From Azolla caroliniana (Eukaryota; Plantae; Polypodiophyta): DNA of 64,000 nt. The position numbers and the translations under genes are program-made. The notes below the pieces were generated by a model. It ran no database searches, was not told where the DNA came from, and saw only the letters and a list, made by a program, of their open reading frames with translations. The DNA lies in assembly GCA_043228905.1 (NCBI GenBank), contig JBHGNT010000005.1, forward strand, positions 15,252,001 through 15,316,000, in the 5' to 3' direction. Position 1 is the first letter of the stretch; each line of letters opens with the position of its first letter. Shown piece after piece: positions 1 through 13,520 of the stretch.

Positions 1-486
1 ACTTTCGGCAGCTCTACTAGGTCGTAGGTGTAATTCTCATGCAAGGAGTCCATCTCATCTTGCATCGCGTTCAGCCATTTCTCCTTGTTCTTGTCGATTA
101 TAGCTTCATCATAGCACTCTGGTTCACCTTCATCAGTCGTGAGGATGTATTGACTGGCATATGTTGTCGGTGCTTTTATTTCTCTGAGTGGGTATCTCCT
201 TCCACTCATTGTCGGCTCTCGTTCGGGTGTCTCTCCTGACTCTCCTCATTGCTCGTGTTCATATATGTCGATCAACATCTCCTGGATGGACGACTCCAAC
301 TCATATTCCTCGATCGACCTTAGCAGTTTTGCCGACTCAAACTCATAATCAATCGGTCTCTCTAAGTAGATCGACTCGGATTTGGTTGTCTCCGATCAAC
401 CGACAAAGTTAGTTCACTTGACCTCAGGTCGATAGTAGTGGAGGTTGACTGGTTAGTCGATTCCGACTTCTATCGCTTCCAGTCCT

Positions 487-2859
487 CTATTGTCTTGTCT
501 TCCAAGAAGACCACATCTCGACAACCCAATAGGATTTCAACAGTTTAGCATGAGAGAGCATGCTCCTCACTCTCTCCATGATTGTTCGATTCATCCTCTC
601 TACAAGCCCGTTCAACTCAGGGGTCTTTGGCACTTTGTATTCGACTCGAATACCTTGGGCCTTGTATTCCTCAAACTGCCCTCTATATTCACCACCGTTG
701 TCGGTTCGAACCGCCTTCAACTTCCGACCCGACTCTCGTTCGGCTCTTGCCTAGAACTCCTTGAAGAATGAAAGTACTCGATCCTTCAACTTTAGTACAA
801 AGGCCCATGTCTTCCGACTATCGTCATCTCTTCTTTTTGGTGGTCTTGCATGGAATGTTGCTCTGTTTTACTTACCAACTAAGTAGTTGACACACTTCTC
901 CAAGTGCACTCCCTTGACTTCTAGTAGGAGTTTCTGGTTGGCTAACAGATGCAGTCCCTTCTCGCTCATGTGGCCTGGCCTCTTTTGCCATATCTCTCCT
1001 ACTGAATCAGTTGCCACGTTCACATCCAACTTGCACAGTCAGACATGCATCATATATAATGTGCCTTCTTTCTGTGCTCCGGTCACTATAAGATTTCCTC
1101 GGTAGAACTTCCACTTGCCATTCTGAAAGCTACCACTATAGCCTTCATCATCCATCCTTCCTGTCGATATCAAATTCAATCTTATCTTAAGGACGTGTCG
1201 AACATCCTTCAGAGTTAGCTGACACCCTGTCGACGTCGTCAAGTGGACACTTCCGACTCCGGCTATTTTCCAATCTCCATTGTCACCCATCTTTACATTG
1301 CCATGATCCCCGGCTATGTAAGTCGAGAAATTCTCTCTCGACGGAGTTATGTGGAAAGATGCCCCGGAGTCGATCACCCAAGTGCATTCTTATCTTGCAA
1401 GGTTTGCACTTCTCTGTTCACAAATAAACAACAATTCTTCATTGCTTGTAGCAATGGCTGAAGTCTTCTTCTCATCAAGAATCTTCCTGGGTTTGACATT
1501 GTTTTCGACACCCTTGTCTTTACTCATCTGTCGACAGTCCTTTTGGAAATGTCCAGGTTTTCCACAATAAAAGCACACAAGCTTACTTCTGACTTCGATT
1601 TGGATTGGGACCTTTCCCTTCGTTGTGGGCTTCTTCATTGGTTCCTTCCTTTGCCAATATGTTGGGTCACGTTCGACTCCGAATGGGAAAAGACTCCCTT
1701 GTCCTTCCTCCTTGCTTCCTCATTCAAGATGCTTATCTTCACCGCTTGTAAAGACAAGTTCTAACCACCAGGTTCTCCTAGCTATCCGGCAATGTGTACA
1801 TCAGTAGAATGGCTTGCATCGCATCATCAATTGGAAACTTGGTTGCAACCAGTTGAATCACATAGCCCATGAAAGTATTGATATGTTCGATGAGGCTCTC
1901 ACCATCTCTATATTTCAGCCACACGATCTTTTCTCATTAGTAAGATTTTATTAGGGGCATTCTTCCTCTCATACAGAACCGACAACTTCTACCACATCTC
2001 ATGAGCATTTGTGTCATTCACCACATGCTGAAGGACACTTACATTGATGCACTCTCGGATGGTGGCCACCGCCTTTCTGTTAAGAAGTTTCCATTCCGAC
2101 TCCAATACCCCCCTGGGTATATCTGCTCTGTTGACGGGCTTGTATACGTCTTTCACTATGAGAAGGTCTTCCATCTTTATCTTCCAGTCTGCATAGTTTT
2201 GTGAGTTTAGAACTATCATGCCTGGGAAGCTACTCGCACCTCCTCCCATGCTTGCACCTCAAGCTCTGAGACAAGTTTGATGAGAATCAGATCGTTAATT
2301 TACAAGAACAAAAATGTTGAAATACACAACACAGATACACATGATAACAATGCACGTAGATTTAACGTGAAAACCCTAAAACGGGAGAAAACCACGGGAG
2401 AACAAAACTTCACCATATAGTGGATATACAGTGTTGAAGATTACAACACTCTCCTATCGCGTGTATAAGCCAAATAGGGCTCTTCCGTCTGTTCTTACAC
2501 ACACAGCTATGGCACGCCACTCTCTCTCTCTCTCGTCTCTGCACTTCTCTTACTCACACGCTTAACTCCAATCTACACCCTGCACCCACTCTCTACAACA
2601 ACACACGCTATACATTTGCCTTAGGTATATTTATACTAATACATCATATGGGCTATTTACAAGTGTAGCCCCTAGTACACATTGCTACTATTATTATAAC
2701 TATAATAATAATAGTCCACAGTTAATTAGTCGACTCCCTATTTGTTAACTCTTTGACTGTCGGCTCTCCTTGGCCCGAACAATCGGCTCTTCCTTGTCTT
2801 CGACGGTCGGCTACTTCTAGACGGTTGGCTCCTCCCAAAGGAGGGACATATTCCCAACA
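487..2859 (-). mobile_element. Degenerate Ty1/Copia element, family A: 5' LTR 2278-2859, decayed PBS, gag-zinc knuckle-protease-partial integrase
   Basis: Minus-strand ORF pieces: gag start MGGGASSFPGMIVLNSQNYADWK (1989-2249), CCHC CFYCGKPGHFQKDC, protease IDSGASFH, integrase VRTDNGGEY...PELNGLVERMNRT. LTR TGTTGGG...CTCATCA is followed by a decayed Met PBS (TTGTCTCAGAGC). No RT seen. Confidence 0.88.
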
Positions 2860-4937
2860 AGGCATACCTGGTGCTGGTGCGCTTGCTACAAGAGTTGACC
2901 CACCACGAAACATAGTCTCGACGTAGTCAAGAGATGATGAAATGAGGGTAGTTAGGCCACATATTTATAGCGAGACGAAAGGCCCCCAAGCAAGTTCACA
3001 CTTGGCCTAATGCGTTGTCTGAATGTCGAGGATTAAAAGTAATCATACCCTTCTTTACACTCTTGTTTAACCCTCACACTTATCCACGTGTATAGAATAC
3101 TACGGTAAATTCTCACCACGAGATATTATATGGTCATGCCCGTAACACTTTAAAACATTGCACTCTTGCAATGGAAAGGTAGGGAACTTAGTTGTAAGAG
3201 TATTTTTGCATTCCCATGTGGCATCTTTGATAGATTTATCCATCAATTTAATTTTAAATTCTCCGACTATTTTAGTATGCAGATTTTTTGTATTAACATC
3301 GAGAATTCTTTCTAGTACATGTGGTTTAGAAGATGATTCTTTAGAACTAACCAGAGTTTCAGTTGTAACTGTATTGTGGCCAAAACCTAGAAGTTCTTTT
3401 AGACGACTTACATGAAAAACTAGATGAATTTTAATGCCATCAGGAAGAGCGAGACGATAGGCTAATGAACCAATGTGTTTGAGGACTTGAAAAGGTCCAC
3501 AATACCGTGGGGCTAACTTAGCGCACTTACCCGTAGACAATGTCTTAGAATTGTGAGGTACATGTAAAAATATCTTTTGTCCAGGGTTGAATACACATGG
3601 TTGCCTGTTATGATCGACGCAAACATGCGCTCTATCTTGAGCTGTTTTTATATTATCTCGCGCAATATGTAACATATCTTGCATATGCCGAAGAAAGTTT
3701 TGCGTACTTCGCAACTCATCATGATGTATATTAACATCAATCGGGGCTCATGGCTGAAAACCATACATCAACATAAAAGGGCTATATCCTGAACAGTCGG
3801 CTCTTCCTTGTCTTCGACTATCGGCTACTTCCAGACAGTTGGCTGTTCCCATGGGAGGGACATATTCCCAACAGGTTTTACATGGTGTTGGCGCGCTCGC
3901 TCCAAGAGTTGACCGACCATGAAATAGAGTCTCAACGTAGTCAAGAGATGATGAAATGAGGGTAGTTAGGCCTAAGGCACCCAGCCAAGTTCACGCTTGG
4001 CCTAATGGATCCTACCATGGGATATTATCTTGTCATGCCCGTAACATAATTGTTATCGTGATGATCAAATGTAAGCATATGATAAGGATATAATATATAT
4101 GAAATCAGAAAGGAGAGAGAGAAATAAGGGTGTCGATTCGCCCGACCACCCCCAAGCAAAGGGATCGAGATGGACCCCAGTCTCGATCAGCGTCCCATAC
4201 CAGCATGGTGGCATCGACTCGTACCTGGTGCTGTCGCGCTCGCTACAAGAGTTGACCCACTACGAAATAGAATCTCGACGTAGTCAAGAGATGATGAAAT
4301 GAGGGTAGCCCGGCCTCATATTTATAGCGAGACCCAAGGCCCCCAGGCAAGTTCACACTTGGCCTAATGGGTTGTCTGAATCCCGAGGATTAAAAGTAAT
4401 CATCCCCTTCTTTACACTCTCCTTTATCCCTCACACTTATCCACGTGTATAGAATACTACGGTAAATTCTTACCATGGGATACTATATGGTCATGCCCGT
4501 AACATAACTATTAGAGTGATGATCTAATGTAAGCATATGATAAGGATACAATATATATGAAATAAGAAAGGAGAGAGAGAAATAAGGGTGTCGATCCACC
4601 CGACCTCCCCTGAGTGAAGGGATCGAGACAAACTCGAGCCTCGATCGGCGTCCATAACCATCGTCGTGGCGTCGAGTCATACCTAGTGCTGGCGCGCTCG
4701 CTACAAGATTTAACCCAGCACAAAAACAGAGTCTCGACGTAGTCAAGAGATGATGAAATGAGGGTGGCTAGGCCTCGTATTTATAGCGAGACCCAAGGCC
4801 CCCAGGCAAGTTCACAATTGACCTAATGGGTTGTCTCAATCCCGAGGATTAAGATTAATCCTCCCCTTCTTTACACTCTTGTTTAACCCTCACACTTATC
4901 CGTGTGTATCGAATACTATGGTAAATTCTCACCACGG
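2860..4937 (-). mobile_element. Chromovirus (family W) cluster: LTR pieces 2860-3147, 3874-4046, 4051-4504 and 4509-~4937, plus integrase C-terminus/chromodomain fragment
   Basis: Copies match the LTR at 54405-54862. ORF 3100-3714 has the GPF/Y module KLAPRYCGPF...VFHVSRLK and chromodomain-like ERILD...DATWE. Confidence 0.85.
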
Positions 4938-7236
4938 TATCGAAGGACGAAGAAGTCGGTGTGGACTTCTTGGAGTCGATGAACGAGCGGAGTACTCCGG
5001 TCCTGAACGAGTTTGACGAGAACGACTATGACGGGTAGTGGCTCCAAATTGGTAAGTTCCTAAGCATGATGGCATAGGATGCAACATGGATGAAGGAAGA
5101 GGCGAGCCGAATCCGGAAGAAGGCCGACAAGTTCTTCGTACGAGATGGAAAGATATGATGACACTTGAAGAGGCGAAACGGCACTCCACTCTGTGTGGTA
5201 ACAAAGGAGGAGGAAGAGTTGGTGCTCGTGTCAGAGTTCCATGAGAGTCCCTGGTCCGGACACCAGGAATGTAGGCCACATTCGAGAAGCTTAAGGAGAA
5301 GTACTGGTGGCCGGGAATGTATCGTGACGTCCACCACTTCGTGACGACATGCAAGAGCTGTCAGATACATTCCGAAATCCAGCACCACAATGAGTTGCAT
5401 CTGACCTACCCGCCAACCATTCACTTCGAGCGGATGGTCGATTTAGTAACAATGCCGATGGGGGTAGGGCAAATGCGGTACTTGGTGCTTGCACGAGAGG
5501 ATCTGACGAACCAGGTGGAAGGTCGAGCGTTGACAAACAAGACAACTGCATCTGTGTGCTAATTTCTTATCGAGGACGGGATTTGTCGGTACGGGTGTGT
5601 TGGGAAGACCGAGGGAAGCTAGATGCCCAAGAAGCCGAGGAGCTTTTTGGCCGAGTAGGGGTCAAGCTTTCCCTCACAACGACGTACAATTTGAAACCGA
5701 ACAGGAAGGTTGAATGAGGGCTTGGGTTGATCGTCAAAGCAATAGTGTGGGCATGAGACGGACGAGTCAGAAAGTGGTCGAGGCTTCTTCCATATGCGTT
5801 GTGGGCTGACCGGACTACACAAAATTCAATGATTGGGTACATGCCAACCGAGCTCATGTTCAAACAGAAGCCGATCATGACGGTGACGCAGATGATAGCC
5901 TCATGGATGTCGGTCGGGTGGGCGAAGGAGATGAGCCAGGAGGAGTTGCTAGTTGCATGGATTCGACAACTTGAGCGGACACCAGAGGGTGTGGAACGAG
6001 CGATGGCAAGAATCGAAGAGGTGAGGAAGAACAACAAGGGCTGGTTTGACCGGACGCACCGACTCCGGCCAAAGAAGATAGAGGAAGGTGACTGGGTGCT
6101 GGTCTACGACAGTAGCCTCGATAACCAACACCGGTCAACCCGAAAATTTGCGAGGTGGTGGTTCGGGCTTTACATGGTAATGAGTGCAAACGACAATGTC
6201 ATACATCACCTTGCGGAGCTCGATGGTGTCGTAGTGTAATTCGTACACTACGTAAAAAACGTATAAGATAACCGATTGAATAAATATGAAGGAAAAGAAG
6301 GAAATATTAAAACATATGTTACATGCATAAGACAAGATTTGAACCTTATACCTCCATGTTAATAATTTAAAGCCTTACCATTATACTAACACATCATGAG
6401 TGGTATAAAAGTAGATATCTCACTAGAAAGGTTACTTCACGCATATTTTGTAGGAAAGAGCTTTAGTTAGGAGAAAAACGCATGATAGAAAAACGGTACA
6501 CATGCACATCTAGCATGCATGAACACTATAGTTGATAAAAAATGCACGAGGTTAGAAAAAGCATGATCACTTTTAGAAGAAGCATGTTAGAGAAAGCATA
6601 TATTCTATAGATAGAAAAAGCATGGAGTCCATAGTTAGAGAAAAAGCATGAATTACTAAGCCTCTCCCATCACTATATAAGGATGGGAGTAAGATGTAAT
6701 TTGTGGTGTGGAATCTTTGGAAATTGAATATGTTTCTAAATATCGATTAATACACTATACTTGTGGGATTCACCAGTTTTCTCTATATGTAAGGGGTGTT
6801 GATTCTTTCTTGGGTATTATTAGGATTAAATATTAATAAAACTAAAAAAAACTATATTAGTGGGATTCACGAATTTCTATCTCTTTCTTATAATCTATTC
6901 ATATTCATAACTAAACTCGTCTCAAATTCTTCCTCCTCCTAGTCCAAAACGCCAACGGTTCCGACCCAACTCACGCAACGATCCGGCGCCGAAAGGCACA
7001 GCAACGGAATGAGGATCTCGACACCGATTGTGGGGAAGCGGGTCAAGGCCTTCAAGAAGCGACACGAACTAGAACTGGATCCGGAGACAGAGGCCGGAAG
7101 CGCGGATGAGGACGAGGTGCCTGCTGAAGATCCAGTCGATGACGGATTGGGGGAGGACGAGTAATGACTGAACCAGAATCCCAACCACTTCACTACTTGG
7201 CACATGCCGGAGGATGTGCAATTTGGTGGGGGTGGA
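4938..7236 (+). pseudogene. pol: Decayed Gypsy integrase region (Trp-primed clan, element Z) ending in the 3' hairpin-PPT module
   Basis: ORFs 5317-5562 and 5799-6239 are homologous to 16021-16818 (YLVLAREDLTNQVEGRAL). The frame resumes after the solo LTR (ELDG|MRISTPIVGKRVKAFKKR). Motif GGCACATGCCGGAGGATGTGCAATTTGGTGGGGGTGGA ends at 7236. Confidence 0.85.
6227..7003 (+). mobile_element. Solo LTR (family V) with 4-bp TSD
   Basis: TGTCGTAGTG...GGCACAGCA; reverse complement of the LTRs at 55248-56087 and 58109-58792; flanks ATGG/ACGG. Confidence 0.88.
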
Positions 7237-7238
7237 TG

Positions 7239-10200
7239 TGTTAGGAGTAGTAGTCAGCCACAACCGAGTCTCGAACAGTCGATGGAAAGATCAAACAAAT
7301 CAAGTAAATAGATACACACTTGCACACGATATTAGACGACATAGAATATTAGCGTGGAAAACCTCGAGAGGCAAAACCACGAGAGTTCTCTAACTCCGAA
7401 CAGACTCACTATAGAGAGTAAGGGTACAATGGGAAACTCAAGGACAACGACCTCGAGCTCTGTCTTCACCAACCAGCGGTTACAACAAAAAATGCTTTCT
7501 ATTGCTCTGTGTGTACAATAATAACAACCACTACAACCTCAATCATTTGCCCTAGTTATATTTATACTCATATAACTTATGGGCTATTTACAAATGTGGC
7601 CTCAATGGCCCATGAGAAACATATTTACATATATGTCTCTATCTTCCTGTTTCCGGATATGCTTTCGGGCGCTCCGATCCGGCTCATTCTTCTCTGGCTT
7701 CTCCGATCCCCATCCGGAGGGACCGGTATCTCAACAATCTCCCCCTTCAATCCGGTATGGGGTCTTCGTTAGTCTGATTCATCTCCGGCATGCGTTCAAC
7801 TTGTCGGCTGACAACACTTTGGTCGGCATATATGATCTGTTCTCCTCCGTGTGGATCTTTGTTAGAACAAAGTCTTGGTCTTCTACCTTTTGCCTAAGCC
7901 AACGATATCTTCTCTGGATGTCTTGGTCCGGGAGTGGTAGGCCACGTTCTTTGCAAGGTGGATGGCACTTTGACTGTTGCAGTAAAGCCGGTATTCCTCC
8001 TATCGGTTCCCTAGCTCTCCGTTGAAGTCCTTCATCCAGATTATTTCCTGGTCGGCTTCTACAACCGCCATGTATTCTGCTTCTGTTGTCAACAATGCCA
8101 CCTATTTCTACAGTCTTGATTGCCATGATACCGCTCCCCCTACATAAATCATGATGTATCCGGACGTGCACCGGCTGCTATCTACATCAACCAACATGTC
8201 TGAATCCATAAAGTCTTCCAATAGGGGGTTGCTTGAGCTGAATTGGAGACACATATTCGAAGTGCCTTTTAAGTACCAGAGTATCCACTTGACTGCTACC
8301 CAGTGGTCCTTTCCTGGATTGCTCATGAACCGGCTGACGACTCCAACGGCGTATCCGATATCCGGTCTTGTACACACCATTGTGTACATGAGGCTTCCGA
8401 CTGTAGAGGCATACGATATCTTCATCATTTCCGACTTCTCCATCTTTGTCTTCGGGCTTTGTTTCCTGGACAACTTGGAATTTGCCGGAACTGTTGACCC
8501 GAACGGCTTCGCATCCGACATGTTGAATCTTTGAAGCACCTTTGTCACGTACTTTTCCTGTGACAGCCACAACTGTTTCTTGGACTAGTCACGGATTATG
8601 TGTATCCCCAGTACCTGTCTTGCTAGACCCAAATCTTTTATTGAGAAGGTTCGGTTCAAGGCCTTCTTCAGATTCTCGATTTTGATTCAGTCTGGTCGGA
8701 CGATTAGCATATCATCCACATACAACAAGAGTATTAGGAAGTCTCCTCTGTCAAATTTCTTCACGAACGCGCAGTGGTCGACTGGCGTCTTGTGGTATCC
8801 TGGATCGATCATGAAGGAGTCAAACTTCCGGTACCATTGCCGGGGAGCTTGCTTCAGTCCGTATAAGCTCTTCTTCAACCGGCACACCAGGTGCTCCTTC
8901 CCTTTCTTGACAAATCCCTCTTGTTGTTGCATGTAGATCTCTTCTTTGAGATCACCATGTAGGAACGTCATCTTGACATCTAACTGCTCGACCTCGAGGT
9001 TCATTCTTGTTGCAATGCTCAACACAGTCCGAATGGATGTCATCTTTACTATCGGGGCAAAGATCTCATCGAAATCTACTCCTTTCTTCTGCTGGAAGCC
9101 CTTTACCACGATCCAGGCTTTGTATCTTGGTGGATTTCCGGCGTCTCCCGGTTTCAACTTGTACACCCACTTGTTCTGGAGCGCTCTCTTTCCTTTTGCA
9201 ACTCTGTCAATTCATATATGTGGTTCTCATGTAGGGAATCCATCTCAACCTACATGGCACTTAGCCACTTGTAGCTTGTGGGTGTCTTTTTTTGCTTCTT
9301 TGAAGCTTTCTGGCTCCCCCTCGTCGGTTAGTAGTACATGTTCTACATCCGGAAATCTCCGAGAGGATTTTCTCTCTCTTAGAGGATATCTTCATCCCTG
9401 GTTTTCGACCACTAGTTCCTCTGTCTATTCTTAATCCGAATCCGATACGGGGTCTTGTCCGGTTTTGGCGTTTGATTCTTCTTCTTCAGTCGATTCAGTT
9501 TATTGTCCAAATCTGGTCGGTTCATTGAGTGTCATCCGGCTTCCAACCCGATGGGTCCTTGCATCTTTTGACGAATCTCTGTTAGTCGACCCGGAGTTCG
9601 TTGTCGTCTTATCCGACTCCAACAATGTTCTTGTCTTCCATGAAGACTATGTCTCAACTCCGGAAAACCTTGTTGTCAACCAAGTCCCAAACTCGATAAC
9701 CAAACTCATCATAATTGTATCCAAGGAATATGTCGGGCCAAGACTTTGGATCCAATTTTGCTCTATTGTCCTTTGCCACATACACATTTAGATGCCAGTA
9801 AGACACATCTTTACTAATCCATACTCTCTATGGTGTGTCTCCGTCAAAGGGCGCCGAGGGTGATCTATTTATCACATAGGACGGCATCATCAGCGCCTTA
9901 GTCCAAGACATCTTGGACAACTTAGCATTGCGCCAACATGCTCCGAACTCTCTCCATTACAGTCTGGTTCATCCTTTCAGCCAATCCGTTCAACTTAGTG
10001 TCTTCGACATGGTAAATTCGAGCCGAATTCCTTTTGACTAGCAGTATTCCTCAAACTGCCCCCGGTACTCTCCACCATTGTCGGCTCGAACTGCCTTCAG
10101 CTTCCAACTAGTTTCTCTTTCCACTCTCACATGGAACTCCTTGAAGACGGTCAGTACCTGATCCTTCGTCTTCAGTGGTGAGATCCACAGCTTCTGGTTG

Positions 10201-12176
10201 TGGTCATCTATGAACGTCACAAAGTACTGTGACCCAGCATGTGACTTTGTGTCCACCTGGCATACATTGGTATGCATGAGCTCTTGCGGTTCTTTCTGTC
10301 TTGTTCGTGGTCAAGTTCAGAAAGAGGTTCGGTTTTGCTTGCCGGCCAAACAATCGGTGCACTTCTCAAGCTACACGTCTTTCACCTCTAGAATGAGGTT
10401 TTCCTTGGCAAGTTTACGCATCCCTTTCTAGCTCATGTGTCACAATCTCTTGTGCCACAGCTCACCGGCAATGTTCGTTGCCACATTTACTTCCTTCTAG
10501 CAAATCCAGGCATGCATCAAGTACATTGTGTTGATTTTCTGGGCTCGGGCCATGATCAGACTCCCTTTGCTAAACTTCATGACTCCGTTCCGGATGCTAC
10601 CCGTGTACCCTTCATCATCCAGGCGACCGGCTGATATCAGGTTCAACCAAACCTCCAGAACGTGTCGAACATCTTTCAGCAACAACTTGCACCCGGTTGA
10701 CATCGTCAGCCACACGTCTCCTATGCTAACAATTCGGCATGCACCTTCATTCCCCATCCTCACATAGTTGTGATCTCCGGCTCTATAGGATGCAAAGCAC
10801 TTCCAGTCGGGGGTCAGATGAAACGATGCTCTGGAGTCGACCACCCACGTCGTTTCGTCGCTGACAAGGTGTTGCTCGCTCTCCTTGGTGATGAGCAGCA
10901 ATTCTTCTTCACTTGTCACCATTGCTGATGTCCCTTTCCGGTCCGAACTGTTCTTCGAGTCGGCATTGTTGGCCCCTTTCTCTTTCTGGTAATGTTGGTA
11001 GTTCTTCTAGAAGTGCTCCGAGTTTCCACAATAAAAGCAAGTGGACCTCCCCCTTGACTTTGACTTTGACTTGTCACCATTGCTGACGTCCCTTTCCGGT
11101 CCGAACTGTTCTTCGAGTCGGCACTGTTGGCCCCTTTCTCTTTCTGGTAATGTCTGTAGTTCTTCTAGAAGTGCTCCGAGTTTCCACAATAAAAGTAAGT
11201 GGACCTCCCCCTTGACTTTGACCTCGTCCCCGATTTGTCCCGGTTCTAAAGACTCCGATTCTGGCCTCTTCCCCATTGTGCGCCGATTTCAGTAACTAAG
11301 GCATTTGGGTTGGAGATCACTTCCTTGTCTTTCCAAAGAGCCTCTTCGTCCAACAAGCTTGATTTTACCCTTTCTAGGGATAGGTGTTTCCCTTCTGGCC
11401 CGGCGTTGCCCAAAGTGACAACTAACGTCTCCCAACAATCCAAGAGGGAACCGACCAACAACAACGCGAGTATCTCATCGGCTAGAGGTACTTCCAATGA
11501 GCTTGTTTGATTTATAGGCCCCTGGAAGGCATTCATGTGCTCTGCCATACTGGATTCGTCTTGATATCTAAGTCTCACCAGCTTTCGAAATACTGAGACT
11601 CGATTTACAACATTCTTGTTTTGAAACATGATGCCTATCGTCTCCCAGAGTTTGTGAGCCTTCTTCTCCTCATTGAAGTTGTTCTACAGGCTCATGTCGA
11701 TGAAGCATCGGATGTAGATTGTTGTCTTCATGTGCATTACCTCCCAATTTGGAGCATCTATCTTGTGTAGTCTTGCATCTCCGAACCGTACCGGCAGCCA
11801 AAGATCATTGACCACCAACATGTCCCTCATCTTCAACTTCCATACTCGGTAGTTGGATCCGGTGAGCTTGAACATGCCGCCAAATGAATCTTCCATGCTC
11901 TAATACCACTTTGTTAGGAATAGTACTCGGCCACAACCGAGTCTCAAACACTTGATGGAAAAATCTAACAAATCCAGTAAATGGATACACACTCGTACAC
12001 GATATAAGAAGGCATAGAATATTAACGTGGAAAACCTCGAGAGGCAACACCACGGGAGTTTTCTAACTCTAAAACAGACTAACTATAGAGAGTATGGGTA
12101 CAATGGGAGACTCCAGAACAATGACCTCGAGCTCTGTCTTCACCAACCGGTGGTTATAACAAAAAATGCTTTCTAT

Positions 12177-12217
<41 letters not shown>

Positions 12218-12485
12218 CAATAATAACAACCACTACAACCTCAACCATTTTCCCTAGTTATATTTATACTCATATAACTTATGGGTTGTTTACAAATGTG
12301 GCTTCAATGGCCCATGAGAAACATATCTACATATCTGTCTCTCTCTTCCAGTTCATACTAGAATCTAGTCGAACCCCTTCAGGGTCCATCCGATCCGGTT
12401 TCCGGATATGTTTTTGGGTGCTCTAATCCAGTTCGTTCTTCTCCGGCTTCTCCAATCCCCATCCGGAGGGACTAGTATCTCAACA
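7239..12485 (-). mobile_element. Full-length decayed Ty1/Copia element, family C (Tnt1/Tork-like), TSD GGATG
   Basis: LTRs 7239-7736 and 11912-12485; PBS TGGTATTAGAGC at 11897-11908; PPT GAAGGGGGAG next to 7737. Gag MEDSFGGMFKLTGSNY, protease WVVDSRASFH, integrase VRADNGGEY, RT LLLYVDDML; many stops and frameshifts. Exact 5-bp TSD at 7234-7238 and 12486-12490. Confidence 0.95.
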
Positions 12486-12535
12486 GGATGTCGTGGGGAA
12501 TTCCATCTACTAGGAGAAAAGGAGCTAGAGAGCGT

Positions 12536-13520
12536 TGTCGTGGTGTGGCGTTTGCAGTGTGAGAAAAAGCAAGGTTCCACACACATCTCATGAAATAATA
12601 CATAAAATAAAAATAAAAATAATAAGTAACTTGTAGTAGCTTTGTGGTTAAGGTGTATAAGTATACGTAGAGAGGTGTAGAGTTTGAGTCTCTCTTCCTA
12701 CAAATTAAGGAGTGTTTTGCTCCCCTTACAATTTTGTGAAAGGAAAAAAAAGCAAAGTAATGTTAAAATAAGCTCCTCTTTCCTCTACAAGAGAGGAGGG
12801 ATAGGGCTTATTATGGATCGCCCATTTTGTGTTCTAGGGGTGTACCACTAGGGTTTCATCTTCTCCTCTTCATCTTGGGTTAGGGTTTTGTAGCCTCCCT
12901 TTCTCCTTATCCCTTTTTCCATCTTCTCCTCTTCTTCTAGGGTTAGGGTTTGAGAGCTTCTTCTTTCTCCTCAACATACTAGGTTTTTAGGGTTTGTGAG
13001 TTTAGATTCTATTCTACTTCTTATTCAAGAGATTTTATGGCTTGGATTCCTTCCACAATGGCTTCTTCGGCATCTCGGTGGCTGGTTGTGAAAGGGAGGT
13101 TGCAGTGGCATGAGGGCTACTCCGAATCGAAGCAACATAGCCGTTGGAAGTAGTCGAGCTCGGAGCCCACTAGACTCGCCTTCGCTAGATTATTTTAGGC
13201 TTTGATTATTTGATAATCGATCATTGTAAAAACCACCAAAATCATGGTGTCAAGCCTAGCAATTCTAAAGAAAACAAAAACCCGTTTTGATTCATAGTCG
13301 TTTTTAATTAATCATGAAACTGATTCTATGTAAGAAAGAAAACCACTGAAATCGTGGTATTAAACCTAATTGTTGATTAAAGCCTATTTTATATCAAAAC
13401 GTATGCATATTTTCCCCATGTCTTTGTCTTAATCTCCCACTTCCTCATCCCGTGTGTCTCCCCGGTCCAAGGCCCTAGTAGTCCCGTTCGAGGGACACAC
13501 ACACGCGAAACTTTGCGACA
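12536..13520 (+). mobile_element. LTR family X, left copy
   Basis: TGTCGTGG...TGCGACA; homologous to 19064-19997; followed by a Trp-type PBS. Confidence 0.88.
12631..12703 (+). promoter_or_regulatory. tRNA-like A-box/B-box module in LTR X (second copy 19148-19220)
   Basis: A-box-like TAGCTTTGTGG at 12637; B-box-like AGTTTGAGTC at 12681 inside an AGAG/CTCT stem; outer stem TTGTAG/CTACAA. Confidence 0.6.

Noticed and set aside
12631-12703. Functional tRNA gene
   Set aside because: The anticodon arm is not conserved or well paired; reported only as a tRNA-like module.
12880-13000. TAGGGTT telomere-like motifs
   Set aside because: Scattered telo-box-like words inside LTR X, not a telomeric array.
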